A DNA stretch of 64,000 nt from an uncultured Planctomycetaceae bacterium (GTDB lineage Bacteria > Planctomycetota > Planctomycetia > Planctomycetales > Planctomycetaceae), in NCBI GenBank assembly GCA_963815195.1, contig CAWFGE010000008.1, positions 544,001 through 608,000 on the forward strand, written 5' to 3'. Of the stretch, positions 1 to 11,982 are shown piece by piece. Within the stretch, counting starts at the first letter, position 1, and the number at the start of each line of letters is the position of its first letter. Position numbers and translations under genes: made by a program. The notes beneath the pieces were generated by a model. It made no database searches, was not told the origin of the DNA, and saw only the letters and a list, made by a program, of their open reading frames with translations.

Positions 1-227
1 TGGGCCGCGGCTCCGTTCATTCCGACGAGGCCCGAATCCGGCTGGCCTTCGATCACATAGGTTTCCAGCCGCGCTCCGGACGTGTTGCTGACCACGAGCA
101 CCTTTTCGCCGGGCTGGAGGCCGACGCGCTCCATGAGACTCGCATCGATCGTGATGCTACCCACGTAATTCACATCCGCCTGGGTCACGCGGGCTTTATG
201 GATTTTCGAAGATAAAAACCACTTCAT
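1..227 (-). CDS. panD: Aspartate 1-decarboxylase, 5' part (runs off the window edge)
   Basis: Manual translation: [61 protein letters not shown]...GMNGAAA. Has KIHxAxVT, the Y-x-G|S-ITID autocleavage site and RLETY. Not in the ORF track. Confidence 0.93.
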   Translation of the reverse strand, partial: MKWFLSSKIHKARVTQADVNYVGSITIDASLMERVGLQPGEKVLVVSNTSGARLETYVIEGQPDSGLVGMNGAAA

Positions 228-344
228 GTCGGAACTTCTTTATTAGCGCAGTCCTCGTTGCTTCGGCCGAAGGAATCGTAGGCGATTGCGCAAAAAGAAA
301 AGCGAAAGAGCCGCAGGAGAGTCGCCGCGAGCGTGCAAAGAGAA

Positions 345-382
345 AGGACCGGCGAAAAGCCAATCGCCTTTTCGCCGGTCCT
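345..382 (-). terminator. Hairpin, likely terminator of the alpha-2-macroglobulin gene
   Basis: AGGACCGGCGAAAAG / CTTTTCGCCGGTCCT 15-bp inverted repeat; T-rich run follows on the minus strand. Confidence 0.6.
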
Positions 383-410
383 CGTCGATGTCAATCAATA
401 ATCATCAAGC

Positions 411-3400
411 TTACTGTCGGGCTGCAATGGGTTGGATGACCACACTTAGGGGGTCGGCCCATTGTTTGTACTCGTCGGTGTAGTACAAGTACGATCGGCT
501 CGCGGGGCCGGTGTATTCGCCGGGGACGGCGGCGACGAGGCTGAGCGGAAGCTCGACCTTCTGGCCCGCCTGCATTTCCCGCCAGTAGAGGACGACTTCG
601 CGGCCGAGGACTTCGTACGCGGCGATCTTTTCGGACTTGACCAGTTCCTTGAGTTGATCGTGCCGGACTTCCAAGCCGCCGGGAATGCCGATGATCGCCA
701 CCGGCGTGGGCACGGTCTCGTTCGCCGTGTTTTCGCAGGTGACCTGGGCCTCGGTGACGGCTCCTTCTTTCACGGTTTTGTTGGAGAGGGCGACGTTCAG
801 CTTCATTTTGCACTCGTCCGACGAAGCCGGCTTTTCGCTGTGGAGGTTCACGGCGAGGGTGTAGGGCATCCGCGAACCGCCGACCATCTTGACGGCGATT
901 TCGTGTTCGCCCGGCGTCAGGAGTTTCGTGATGTCCGGGAGTTCGATCGCCCCGTTGGTGTCGGTGCCGAAGGGCTTGGGTTCGCCGACGGTCTGGCCGT
1001 CCACGAGCAGTTCGAGTTCGGCCTTTGGCCTTGGGATGGGCTTGGGCTTTGTCGTAGGCGACGATGGCTTTAAGAGCCAGCACCGTCGATTGCGTGTTGC
1101 CGAAGCGCCCGGCTTTGCAGACATCCATCAGATAGCGAATGCCCTTGTCGGCGAAGTCGATGTAATCGATGTCCGACAGCCAGGCGAGCGTGGCGAGCGA
1201 GGTGGTTTCGATCGTCAGAGCTTCGCCGCCGCTGCCCACGATGGAGCCGGTGGCCCCGCTGATCTGGCCGTCAAGCTGTTGCAGTTTGATGAGCCGATCC
1301 ATGAACTGTTTGGCGGCCGCCTTGTCGCCGGCTTGCACCATCACGTTGGCCGCGAGCGCGAGGACGTAGCTGTTTTGCGTCTTGCCGGCGGCGTCGCGGA
1401 CGGCGGCGACTTCTTTCTGCAGGTTCTTTTCACCCGCCGACAGCATCGCCCAAGTGATGTAGGCGTTGGAGATGTCCTGGTCGACGACCCAGGTATGCAG
1501 GGCCCGGCGTTTGCGGTTGAAGTTGCCTTCGCCGTCGCGCTGCTTCAAAAGCCAATCCTGCGTGCGGGCGAGCATGGCGGTATCGACCGGAAAGACCTGG
1601 GCCATATCGGTAAACTCCATCAACCCGTAAGCGGAGAGGGCTTCGTGGCCGGGGTCTTGTCCGAACCATTCGTAGCCATGCTCTTTGCACTCGAACCCGG
1701 TGAGCCGGTTGTAGCCTTTGTCGAGCATTTCATTCGAGCGGCGGATCAGGTCGGGATCGATGCCCGAGTGCGATTGGAAATACTGCTGGGCCATCACGAG
1801 GGGATAAGTCGTGGAACTGGTTTGCTCGAAGCAGCCGTAGGGTTCCTGGATCATGCGCTCGAGCGCGCCGCTGAGGCTCGCCATCGGCGTGGGATAGACC
1901 GCGATCTTGGTTTTCAAGCTGCCGGCCACGATGGTTTGCGGGATCACGACTTTATGCGACTTCTTGTCGTCGCGGTCCAAGGTGCCGCCTTGGGCGATTT
2001 CAACCGGAAAACCTTTGGGTTGGACTTTGAGCTTCCGCGTCACCTGGTCGGCAAACGGCCCCGCGCTCGCGCTTAAGACCACTTCGGTTTCGCCGTTGAT
2101 CTGGCCGACCTTAAGCGGCAGCACGATGCGCACCCGGCCGTCGGGACCGAGTTGGAATTGCTTCTCGCCGACGTTCGAGAGGCCCTCGGCTTTCAGCGTC
2201 AGCTTGCCGTTCGAGAGCGGATCGGTCGTGCTGTTGACGAGGCCCACGGGAAGCTGGATCACATCGTCGGACGTGACTTCCAGCGGCAGTTTGGGTTCGA
2301 GATAGAAGGGTTCGACGGATTCCACTTTCGCCGTGCCTTCGCCCAGAGTGCCGGCTTGATTGAAGGCGTCGGTCATTACGCGGAAGCTGGTGACGGCGTC
2401 GCTCATCGCAAACGCGACCGTGGCTTCGCCGGTTTGGGGATCGGTTTTGACGCCCGCGTTCCAGTAGAGGGTTTCGGTGAAGTCCCGCCGTTCGCCGGCT
2501 TGCCGGCCGGGGCGGAGCTCATGGGCAAATTCCCGCACGACGACCATCGGGGCAATCATCCGTTGCCGGAGCGCCCGCCGGCCGTTCGCAAAACCGCGTC
2601 CAATTCCTTCCCGTTTGGCCTGTTCGTCCAAGCCGAGATCCAAAGCATTCTGGAGTGCCGCTTGCTTTTTCGCTTGCGGTTGGATGTCCCGTCCGCCGGC
2701 GCCCTGCAGTGGCTCAAGGGCATTCCCTTGCGGCTTTTGAGGCAATTCCGGCGGGGCGGCGGCCGCTTCCGCTTGCGGGGCCGCCTGGGCTCGGACGAAA
2801 GGAATTTTGTTGAGGATCGGAACCGCGGCGCCGTCGGCTTTTTCGACCGCCGCAGCCCGAGGAACGGCTTTGAACTTGGCCTCCGCGGGTAGTCCGCCGC
2901 CGCCAAAACCGCCGCGGCCGAACGCGCCAAACCCCAGCATCTCCTCGTTTCGGCTGGGCAGGGTCAAGGCCAACACGGTGCGGGCTTTGTCGCCATGCTT
3001 GGCGAGGAAGTCGGCCGTGTTCATAAACGCGAACCGCCGCCAGCCCTGCGTGCCCAACAGCAAATCCACCGCGAGCGGGGCTTCGGGATTTTTGGGATCG
3101 AGATACACATGGGCGTCGGCGAGGTCTTTGACTTCATCTTCCAACAACACCATCACCGGCAGCCGCGGGGCCTGCTCGCGTTTTTCGATCATCTCCAGGA
3201 CGCTGTCGTCGGTGACGGTCACGCCCACCACGGCGGAAACCGGCTTGCCGTCGGCGTCGGTGGTTTTGATCTTCAATTTCGCCTGCCCGCCGGGGACGTA
3301 GCGGTCCTTGTCGGGAGTGATGGAAACGTTGAGCGACTTCTCGGGCTTGCGGAACACCAGCCGTTCCGCGAGCGGTTTGCCGGCGGCGTCCCAGAGCGTC

Positions 3401-4667
3401 GCCACCAACACGCCCTCGGCTCCTTTGTCTTTCGGATCGAGTTCCACCCGCGCGGTTTGATTGGCTTTGAGATCGACTCGCTTCGAAGCGATTTCCGTTT
3501 CCCGCTGCCGAAGGGTGACTTTGACTTTCCCGGCCTCTGTGCTGCCGACGGTGATCGCGATCGAATCCTTGGCGCCCGTCACATTGTCCACGGACGAAAT
3601 CACGGCCCCTGCCGACTTCACTTCGGGCAACGGGTACGTGGTGCGGATGCCGGCGGGTTCGGTAATCTTCAGCGTGTATTTTTGATTGGCTTCGGGAATG
3701 AAGGCGAACCGGCCCCGGCCTTCGTGCTCGGTGCGGAAGTTCGTGATCGACTTGCCGGCCGCATCCACGATTTCGCCCGCGAGGTCCGCCGGTTTTTTGG
3801 CCGGGGTGAGGGCCGCGAGATACACGCGGTTGGGCAGGCCCGCAACGAGTTCGCCGCCTTCGGGATACATCGTCAGATCAACAGTTTGGAGCAAGATCGG
3901 AATCGTCTTCGCAGCGGTTTCCACGACGCCGCCGTCTTCGATGGCGAACGACAACGTGCCTTCGCCGCGGGTGATTTCTTTCGGAAGATCAAACCGGGCG
4001 GAACAGAGTCCCAGCGCATCGACAACCGATTGGCCTTGGAACACCTGCTTGCCGTCCACGCGGGCCAGCACGGTGACTTTGGCCCCGCTCGGAAAACCGC
4101 CCTCGGCCCGTTCGACTTTCACACTCGCCGCGACCTGGTCGCCGGGACCGTAGCCGTCGCGGACGAATTCGATCTGGCTCTTGAGCCGGGGTGCGCGGTA
4201 GGCGCGGATTTCAAACTTCCGCTTCGCCGCGGGCTGGCCGGTCCAGGGATAACTCACCTCGGCCGTGTATTCGCCCCCGGCCTGGCCTTCGGGCACCGGC
4301 CAGGAGAACCCGACCGTGCTGTCCTGGGAATTGGTCATGCCCTGCGTGATGATGTCGCCCTTGGGCCCTTTGATGGTGATCTGGGCCGCGAGGTTTTGAT
4401 TCTCCTTCAGCGGCGTGTGCTGATGGGCTTCGAGGATGACGCCGCGGATATAGACCTTTTCGCCGCTGCGATAAATGGGCTTTTCCGTGTTGACGTGGGT
4501 CAGATAGCGCTCCGCCCCGCCGAGGACCGCGGGCTCGGCCACGGCTTTTTTCTCCGTTTCGGGAGCCTTCTGCGGCTTGTCCGCCGAAACGACCGAGCGA
4601 ACCGTCCACGCGCCGCCGAGCACAGGGCCGCGACTATCAGTCCGTTTACTGTGCGTCTCTTGATCAT
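411..4667 (-). CDS. Alpha-2-macroglobulin family protein (MG2 and thioester domains), two apparent frameshifts (~4625, ~1020)
   Basis: TEKPIYRSGEKVYIRG (MG2), RDFTETLYWN, thioester motif PYGCFEQ; C-terminus continues in ORF 411-1124 (AAVPGEYTGPASRSYLYY); signal-like start MIKRRTVNGLIVAA at 4667 lies in another frame. Confidence 0.88.
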
Positions 4668-4803
4668 CGTCCGATCCCCATTCATCTTGGAAGAGAAGGT
4701 GTTCCCACTGACACTGGCCCGGCGCGGAGCCGACCATTGAAGGAAGGGACGCTTCGCCTTCCCCGAGAGTTTCGCAAAACCGGGAAAAAATCTCCGCCCC
4801 GCC

Positions 4804-6069
4804 TTAAAGCAGCACGCGTTCACCGTAGGTTTCGATCAGTTTATCCCGGCTGTAGGGACCGAAAAGATTTCCCCGGAGGTCGAGCCATTCCAGTCGCATC
4901 GGTTCATTCACGAAGGGGCTCACATCGTTGCCGCCCAATCCGCAATGCTCGAGGACGAGCGTTTTCAGTTGCTCCATCAGGGGGGATTTCACGAGCGTGT
5001 CGATGCTGCCTTGGATGTCGTTCGCGCTCAGATCCAGGACTTTCAATCGCTTGAGATACGGCGAGTTGATCAAGTGTTTTATCCCCGCATCGCGGATTTC
5101 GCATTGTGCGAGCCGCAATTCCGTGAGCCGTCCGAAGTTCCCCGCCGACGCCAAAAGCTCGAGCCCCGCATCGCCGATTTCGTTCACCGAGACATCCAGG
5201 GACTGTAAGTCGGTCAAATAGGCCGAGGCGGTCAGAGCGCGGATCCCCTCCAGGTGAAACCGGTTTTCCGCAACGTCGAGCCGGCGGAGCGTCCGCAATC
5301 GCTCCGCGTTGGTCAAAGCCCGCAGGCCGGCGTCGCCGATGTAATTGGCGTTCAGCAGCAGTTCTTTCAACTGGTGGAGGCTGGACGCCTGGGCCAAAGT
5401 CCGGGCATCCACCATCGACAGTTCGGTCTCGCTGAGATCCAAGCGGGTCAACCCGGAGAGATTTGGAAACTGCGCCAACACGCGCATGTTCTGTCCGCTG
5501 ATGACATTCCCGGCCAGGGACAGCGAGCCGATCCGAGCCAGTTGGGGAGAACTCGCCAGGGCTTCCACGCCGGCGGCTCCCAGGTGATTTCGCGAGAGGT
5601 TCAAGGTGTGGACCGTGGAAAACGCGGGTGAATCGAGGAAACGCTGGATGGGCCCCGCGGATTGCCGGGGCATTTTCTGCCAGAGCACGGCGGTGGGAGC
5701 CGGGGCCCACTCGGCGAGGTTTTTGGTGCGGTTGAGAAAATCGGTGCCTTCGAGCAGCATCCGGGCGACGAAGCCCCGCTCGAACCGCACGTCCCGCACG
5801 CCGAGGGGCGACAATTCCTCCAGGCAGCTTTCCCGCCAGAGCCGGGCAAGCTCGGCTTCGTGGGTTTTCAATCGCTCAAAATGTTCCCGCTGCTCCGGGG
5901 AGAGCGGTTCCTGGCGGGCTTCCAGGCGGGCGGTTTCGCATTGGACGCGGATCAACTCCGCCCGCTCATCGCCGATCTCTTCCAGCCAATCCGCGAAAAC
6001 GAGCCGCAGATCGTCATCCTCGGGACGGTTGTGAATCTGCCGCAAGAACTCCTCTTCCTGCTGTCTCAT
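4804..6069 (-). CDS. TIGR02996-domain leucine-rich-repeat protein
   Basis: N-terminal FLRQIHNRPEDDDLRLVFADWLEE...RAELIRVQC, then repeated LxxLDLSxNxIGDAG LRRs. Confidence 0.88.
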   Translation of the reverse strand: MRQQEEEFLRQIHNRPEDDDLRLVFADWLEEIGDERAELIRVQCETARLEARQEPLSPEQREHFERLKTHEAELARLWRESCLEELSPLGVRDVRFERGFVARMLLEGTDFLNRTKNLAEWAPAPTAVLWQKMPRQSAGPIQRFLDSPAFSTVHTLNLSRNHLGAAGVEALASSPQLARIGSLSLAGNVISGQNMRVLAQFPNLSGLTRLDLSETELSMVDARTLAQASSLHQLKELLLNANYIGDAGLRALTNAERLRTLRRLDVAENRFHLEGIRALTASAYLTDLQSLDVSVNEIGDAGLELLASAGNFGRLTELRLAQCEIRDAGIKHLINSPYLKRLKVLDLSANDIQGSIDTLVKSPLMEQLKTLVLEHCGLGGNDVSPFVNEPMRLEWLDLRGNLFGPYSRDKLIETYGERVLL

Positions 6070-6128
6070 AGGTTCCTCGATCGTTCGGTATTCCTTGTCG
6101 ATTCGGCGTTATGCGGCCGAGCGGAATA

Positions 6129-7219
6129 CTACTCCGGGGAAAGGTTTTCTCCCCAGGCCCCACTGATTTCCGTGTGGACCGCCGGCCTTTGATCGTGGGC
6201 CTCGGTGTGATCGTGGCTATGAGTCTGTTCGATCGCCCAGGCGAGAAGGACGCCCAATAACAATGCCACGGACAGCCGGACGCGATTGTGGGAATGCAGC
6301 TCCAACTCCGGCAGCAAATCCCCCAACGAAATGCACAGAAACACGCCCGCGGCGAACGCGAGGGCCGAGCCAATCACCAAATGCTGCTGGCCGGTAAGCC
6401 GATCCACGCCCAACACAAATAGCGCCGCGCCCAGCGGGCACATCAAGGCAAAGCTGACGTTGACGGCGTTCCGCGCACCGGCCGACCAGCCGCCCGCGGC
6501 CATCAGCGAGGTGATGGAGATCGCGTCCAACGGCTTATGCAACAGCACCGCCAGAAACGTCCCGAATCCAAATAACGACAGAAATACCGGTTCCCCCACG
6601 TCCGCCCGCACGCTGGCTCCCAGGGCCAATCCGTCGATCATCGTATGCAGGGCCAATCCCAAAGCCACGCCGATCCAATTCAAATGATGCACCGCGTGCG
6701 AATGCCCGTGGTGACGGTGCCCGTCGTCGTGATCGTGATCGTGATGGGGTTCTGCGTTTTCGGCCAAGGGGTCCGCGGGGCCGTGGTGGTGAAAGTGAAA
6801 CGCCCTCACCAGAAAGAACATCACCAACAGCCCGCCCATCAACCAGCGGCTGGTGAGCGTGGCGGAGGCCGTATATTCCAGCGAGTGCGGCAGCAGATGA
6901 AACACCGCAATCCCCAGCATCAAACCGCCCACGCCGCTGATCAAGGTCTGCATGTTGGTATGGGTCAGTTCCGTCCAACTGGGGATCCATCCGCCCACAA
7001 GAGACGCGGCCACAATTAACCCGCAATAAACGGCGAGCAGCGTCAGAACCCAAGCGTTGCCAACTTCGTCGGCAGCGGGTTCGGTGTGGGAACCGTCTGT
7101 TTCGCTCGCGCCGTCGTGGACGTGCGGATGGTTATGCGCCGATCCGCCGCGAACAGCGGGCCGCCGATGCCGACGGCCGCCAAAAACGCCAAACTCCACA
7201 TCACACGTCGGCCTTGCAT
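6129..7219 (-). CDS. ZIP-family divalent metal transporter; probable start 7219 with apparent frameshift near 7140
   Basis: FHLLPHS, His-rich loop HHDHDHDDGHRHHGHSH, LHTMIDG, LHKPLD, DLLPEL; signal-like MQGRRVMWSLAFLAAVGIGGPLFA in the adjacent frame. Confidence 0.82.
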
Positions 7220-7344
7220 CGACGAATCCAAACGCAAACAGAATCAAGAAGGTAATTGCAATTGGATGATGATAGCAAAACATTCCCAATTTCCTCACGA
7301 GTGCCGGCGCCATTTCTCTGGAAAGGCGCAGAAACCGCCGAAGA

Positions 7345-7373
7345 CCGGCGGCTAGCGCCTTGCCGCTCACGTT
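7345..7373. repeat. Dispersed REP-like element
   Basis: CCGGCGGCTAGCGCCttgCCGCTCACGTT matches 62987-63015 at 26 of 29 positions. Confidence 0.7.
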
Positions 7374-7374
7374 T

Positions 7375-8619
7375 TCACTCGCCGATGCGATACAGGTGCG
7401 TGAAGGTGCGGAGGATCAAATCGTCCCCGGCGACGGCGGGCGAGGCGTTGATGCCCGCGTCCAGTTGGTTTTCCGCGAGCAGTTCAAACTCCGGCTTGGC
7501 GGCGAGGACGACCGTTTTGCCGGACTTGCTCGAGAAATACACCCGGCCCGATCCACACAAGGGCGACGCCCAGTATTCGCCGTCCAGACGTTTCTGCCAA
7601 TGCAGTTTGCCGGTCTTGGCGTCCAGGCAGCTGACCACGCCGGAGTCGTTCGCCATGAAAAATAAATCCCCGACGATCACCTGCGACGAGCGTTTGGGCA
7701 CGGTCTTGCCGGTCTTCCAGACGATGTGGCTGTCCGTGACATCGCCTTTGCCGTTCGCGCGGACGGCGACGAGCGAAGTCGGGCCGTCGCCCGCGCTCAG
7801 AAACACCATCCCGTCGTAAAACAGCGGCCGGCAGCCGGCGTTCATTCCGCCGTGCCGGACCCGCCAGATTTCTTCGCCGTTTTCGGGATTGTAGGAAATG
7901 GTTTCCATCGCGGCGGGGCTGACGACTTGCGGCTTGCCGTCCACGGTAATCACCTGGGCCGTGGAATAGGCTTTCTTGCGGTCGCCGTTGTCCGTGCCGT
8001 AGTTGATGTTGCGGTCTTTCTTCCAGAGGGTTTTGCCGGTGTGCGTGTCGAGGGCGACGATATATTGGATGTCGATGCCGTCGAAGGCGACGATCAAGCG
8101 GTCCTCAAACAGGATCGGCGACGACGCCGGCCCGCGGAAATGGTCGCAGTGCAAATCCCGCCGGGACCAGAGGATGTCGCCGCTCGCCGTGTCCACGCAA
8201 GCGGTCCCGTAGGTGCCGAAGTGCACGTACAACCGCCCGTCCTCGATCACCGGCGTGCAGGAGGCGTAGCTGTTGGTGGGGTGGCAGAATTCCGGCTCGG
8301 CGTTCTCGAAGATCAAAAGGTCTTTGAGGATCTTGCCCGTGCCCGCGTCGACGCAGAGGGCGGACATCTTTTTGCCGTCCTCGGTCGCGTTGGTGACCCA
8401 AATCCGATCCTTCCAAACGACGGGCGAAGACCAGGCCTTGCCCTCGATCGGGGTCTTCCATTTGACGTTTTTGGTTTCGCTCCAGGAGAGGGGGAGGTGC
8501 TTCGATTCCGAGCAGCCATCGCCCTTCGGCCCGCGAAACTCCGGCCAGATGTCTTCCGCGTGAAGCCCAACCGCCGTCAAAACCGCCGCCATCACAAGCC
8601 AAGTCGTTCGCGTTCGCAT
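7375..8619 (-). CDS. Secreted PQQ-binding-like beta-propeller protein
   Basis: Signal peptide, WPEFRGP, WSSPVV, repeated A/CLDxxTGKxxW motifs. Confidence 0.85.
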   Translation of the reverse strand: MRTRTTWLVMAAVLTAVGLHAEDIWPEFRGPKGDGCSESKHLPLSWSETKNVKWKTPIEGKAWSSPVVWKDRIWVTNATEDGKKMSALCVDAGTGKILKDLLIFENAEPEFCHPTNSYASCTPVIEDGRLYVHFGTYGTACVDTASGDILWSRRDLHCDHFRGPASSPILFEDRLIVAFDGIDIQYIVALDTHTGKTLWKKDRNINYGTDNGDRKKAYSTAQVITVDGKPQVVSPAAMETISYNPENGEEIWRVRHGGMNAGCRPLFYDGMVFLSAGDGPTSLVAVRANGKGDVTDSHIVWKTGKTVPKRSSQVIVGDLFFMANDSGVVSCLDAKTGKLHWQKRLDGEYWASPLCGSGRVYFSSKSGKTVVLAAKPEFELLAENQLDAGINASPAVAGDDLILRTFTHLYRIGE

Positions 8620-8902
8620 CGTCGTTAAAGCCTTCGAGAGATTGCCGGAGGAGGATCGTCATTCGATGTTCCGAGCCATCTAGCATACGCCAAACCGATC
8701 GATGACTGCAAATCCGGCGAGAGCACCAATTTCAGTCGTACCAAATTACGGAAAAAGGACCGAAGGCCCGGCGCGATGTCAGCCCAGGGCAACCTCTCGG
8801 CGGACGCTTTGGTTGCGAGGGGGGATCAAAAAGACTATATGGCAGAGGGATTCCAACCTCGAACCGTTCTGCTCCCCCGAAGTTCTGGCAAAGGAGAAAG
8901 CC

Positions 8903-10189
8903 ATGTTTCGAACGATGCCGCTCGCGTTGGTTGTGTTCATGCTGGCCGTGTTGGAGACGGCGAATTGCTCATGTGCAGATGCCCAACCAGCCGATTGGCC
9001 GCAGTTTTTGGGGCCGGAGCGGAATGGGATTTCGCGGGAGACCGGCCTGATCGATGCCTGGCCGAGCGATGGGCCCCGGGAAGTTTGGCGCGTGCCCGGC
9101 GGCGTGGGGATGTCCGGATTCGCCATCGCGGACGGCCGGCTGTATACGATGGTCCAAAAGACCGGCAAGCAATGGGTGATCGCCCGTGACGCGAAAACCG
9201 GCAAATCGATGTGGGAAACCCCGGTCGCGGACGCTTACCGGAACCCCATGGGCAACGGCCCGCGAGCGACGCCTACGGTGACCAAGGATTCCTTATTCGC
9301 CTTCACCGGCGAAGGCAAGCTGTTCGCGCTGAAGACGAGTGACGGCGGCATCTTATGGCATCACGATGTCGTCAAAGAGCACGGGGGCGATCAGCATGCC
9401 GACTATGGCATGGCCTGTTCGCCTATGGTGGCGAACGATTTGGTGATCGTGACCGCCGGTGCTCCGGATGCCACGGTGGTCGCTTACGATGCCAAGACCG
9501 GGAAGCAAAAATGGACCGCCGGTCAAAACGCCCCGGCGGGTTATTCGTCGCCGGCTCTCTTAAAAGTTGGCGGCCGTTCGCAGGTCGTCGTGTTTTACGG
9601 TTCCGCGGCTGAAGGCTTCGATCCCAAAACCGGCGAGTCGCTGTGGAAGTACCCCTATCAAACGAATTACGATTGCAACATCGCCACGCCGATCGCCGTG
9701 GATGGAAACGTGTTTCTCTCCGCGGGCGAGAACCACGGCAGCGTCTTGTTGTCGCTCACACCCAAAGACGCGGATTCTAAAACCGGGCCGTTTACAGTGA
9801 GCGAAGTCTGGCAGTCGCAAGGACCGAAAAGCGTGCTGCGGAACGAATGGCAGACTTCGATTCTTCTCGGAAAGAATCTGTTCGGGTTCGATAACGTCGG
9901 CGGGGCCGGTCCGGTCACGCATTTGACCTGCATCGATGCCAAGACCGGCGAGCGGAAATGGCAGCAGCTTCGGTTTGGCAAAGGCAACATGATCGCCGCC
10001 GACGGCAAGCTGATTTTAAGCACCATGAAAGGCGAACTCGTGCTGCTCGCGGCCAACCCGGAGAAATTTGAAGAGCTCGGCCGCGTGAAGCTCTTGGGCA
10101 TGACCCGCCAGGCCCCCGCGCTCGCCGGCGGTCTGGTCTATCTCCGCGACGACCGCGACATCGTCTGCGTCGATTTGCGGAAGAAATAG
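8903..10189 (+). CDS. Secreted PQQ-binding-like beta-propeller protein
   Basis: AAGGAG RBS before ATG 8903; DWPQFLGPERNG, GPRATPTV, DAKTGKxxW repeats. Confidence 0.85.
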   Translation: MFRTMPLALVVFMLAVLETANCSCADAQPADWPQFLGPERNGISRETGLIDAWPSDGPREVWRVPGGVGMSGFAIADGRLYTMVQKTGKQWVIARDAKTGKSMWETPVADAYRNPMGNGPRATPTVTKDSLFAFTGEGKLFALKTSDGGILWHHDVVKEHGGDQHADYGMACSPMVANDLVIVTAGAPDATVVAYDAKTGKQKWTAGQNAPAGYSSPALLKVGGRSQVVVFYGSAAEGFDPKTGESLWKYPYQTNYDCNIATPIAVDGNVFLSAGENHGSVLLSLTPKDADSKTGPFTVSEVWQSQGPKSVLRNEWQTSILLGKNLFGFDNVGGAGPVTHLTCIDAKTGERKWQQLRFGKGNMIAADGKLILSTMKGELVLLAANPEKFEELGRVKLLGMTRQAPALAGGLVYLRDDRDIVCVDLRKK

Positions 10190-10214
10190 ACGATGTTCCC
10201 TCATTCCGACAATA

Positions 10215-10266
10215 GCCCGAAGCGCCAGCGAGGGAAGCCGCATTTCCCCTCGCTGGCGCTTCGGGC
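10215..10266. repeat. Intergenic palindrome (REP-like)
   Basis: GCCCGAAGCGCCAGCGAGGG / CCCTCGCTGGCGCTTCGGGC, perfect 20-bp inverted repeat. Confidence 0.75.
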
Positions 10267-10307
10267 GAGTGAAACCATTCCCAACATCACGGACCAAGGA
10301 CAAACCC

Positions 10308-11411
10308 ATGCCCAGTGATCGCTATGCCAAGCGGCGGGAGACGCTGCTCCGCAAGCTTCGCGAGACGGACTGCGACACGCTCCTCGTCTCCAACGAGAAA
10401 AACGTCAGCTATCTGACGGGGTTTTCCGGGGACTCCAGCACGCTGATTCTGGGGAAGTCGCAGACGATCCTCATCAGCGACACGCGGTACGAAACGCAGA
10501 TCGAAGAAGAATGCCCCGGCTTGGAAACCGTGATCCGCACGAACAAGGAGCCGATGGAGGAGAAAATCGCGGAGGTCCTCAAGAAAGCCAAACTGACGAA
10601 GTTGGGCTTTGAAAGCGATACGCTCACCGTGAATCAATGGGAGAAGCTGAAGGACAAAGCCGACAGCGTGGAATGGATCGCGGTCGCGGGGAAGGTGGAA
10701 GAGCTGCGGCAGATCAAGGATGCCGGGGAGATCGCGGAGACGCGCGAAGCGGTGCGATTTGCGGAGCGGGGGTTTCAAGCGCTCAAGGCGTTGCTCACGG
10801 CGGATGCGACCGAGTTGGAAGTGGCCCACGAGCTGGAGCACAATATGCGCCGGTTCGGAGCGCGGGGGGCATCGTTTCCGCCGATCGTGGCGGTCGGTCC
10901 GCAGTCGGCGCTCCCCCATGCGCGGCCGGGTCGCCGGCGGATTTCGGCCTCCGGATTTTTCCTGGTGGACTGGGGTTCGGAGACGTTTGCGGGCTACAAA
11001 AGTGACTTGACGCGGGTTTTGGTCACAGCTAAGATTCCGCCCAAACTAGAGAAAATATATAGAGTTGTGTTAAAAGCTCAGCAGGAGGCCATCAAAAAAA
11101 TTCGACCGGGAGCCAAGTGTTCCGACATCGACCAGGCGGGCCGGAGCGTGATCGAAGCGGGGGGGTTTGGAAAGAATTTTGGCCACGGATTGGGTCATAG
11201 CCTTGGCCTATCCATCCACGAGTGGCCACGATTTTCCCCGACCGCGGAAGAGGAACTCAAACCCGGAATGATTCTCACGGTGGAGCCGGGGATTTATCTG
11301 CCCGGCTTCGGCGGCGTGCGAATCGAGGATGATGTCCTCGTCACCCGGGACGGCCACGAAGTGCTCTCGTCCGTCCCCAAAGAGTTTGAGGAAGCGATTG
11401 TCCCGCTATAA
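10308..11411 (+). CDS. Xaa-Pro peptidase, M24 family
   Basis: YLTGFSG, ALPHA, YKSDLTR, HGLGHSLGLSIHE, TVEPGIY, GVRIEDD. Confidence 0.92.
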   Translation: MPSDRYAKRRETLLRKLRETDCDTLLVSNEKNVSYLTGFSGDSSTLILGKSQTILISDTRYETQIEEECPGLETVIRTNKEPMEEKIAEVLKKAKLTKLGFESDTLTVNQWEKLKDKADSVEWIAVAGKVEELRQIKDAGEIAETREAVRFAERGFQALKALLTADATELEVAHELEHNMRRFGARGASFPPIVAVGPQSALPHARPGRRRISASGFFLVDWGSETFAGYKSDLTRVLVTAKIPPKLEKIYRVVLKAQQEAIKKIRPGAKCSDIDQAGRSVIEAGGFGKNFGHGLGHSLGLSIHEWPRFSPTAEEELKPGMILTVEPGIYLPGFGGVRIEDDVLVTRDGHEVLSSVPKEFEEAIVPL

Positions 11412-11472
11412 CAACTTTTCGCCGACTTTCTTGAGCCAACTTTGACGCAACTCGGCTGGAAGGTGAATCAAT

Positions 11473-11982
11473 ATGTCCGAGGATAAACCCGAAGTCTCCG
11501 ACCCGACCGGAGAAGAGCCCTTCGATTTGGAAAAGCTCCAACACTTGATGGAGCTCATGGAAAAGCACGGCCTCACGGAACTCAGCCTGAAAAACGCGGG
11601 CCAGGTCTGGCGGCTCCGGCGCGGCGGCCACGACGCCGTCCCCATGATGCCCGCACCGAACTATGCTCCGCCGGCTCCACCGCAACCACAACCGGCCGGC
11701 GGCGGAGGAGGCGAACCATCCAAACCCGCGGCCGCCGAAAGCGGGATCGTCATCAAAAGCCCCACGGTCGGCACGTTTTATTCCTCACCGAGCCCCGACG
11801 ATCCGCCGTTCGTCAACGTCGGCTCCAAAGTGCAGTCGGATACGACCGTGTGCATCGTCGAGGCGATGAAAGTCTTCAATCCGATCCCCGCCGAGGTCAG
11901 CGGCACGATCACCGCGGTGCTCGTGAGCAACGGGGATTCCGTGGAGTACGACCAACCCCTGTTCCGGGTCGATCCGGGATAG
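11473..11982 (+). CDS. accB: Acetyl-CoA carboxylase biotin carboxyl carrier protein
   Basis: SPTVGTFY, biotinylation motif EAMKV, Pro/Ala linker; precedes accC. Confidence 0.95.
   Translation: MSEDKPEVSDPTGEEPFDLEKLQHLMELMEKHGLTELSLKNAGQVWRLRRGGHDAVPMMPAPNYAPPAPPQPQPAGGGGGEPSKPAAAESGIVIKSPTVGTFYSSPSPDDPPFVNVGSKVQSDTTVCIVEAMKVFNPIPAEVSGTITAVLVSNGDSVEYDQPLFRVDPG

Noticed and set aside
228..344. Riboswitch or pan-motif leader upstream of panD
   Set aside because: No convincing conserved stems seen by eye; an Rfam search would be needed.
7220..7370. Extended ZIP transporter N-terminus from the ORF track
   Set aside because: Starts inside a REP-like repeat; a signal-peptide-like start at 7219 fits better.
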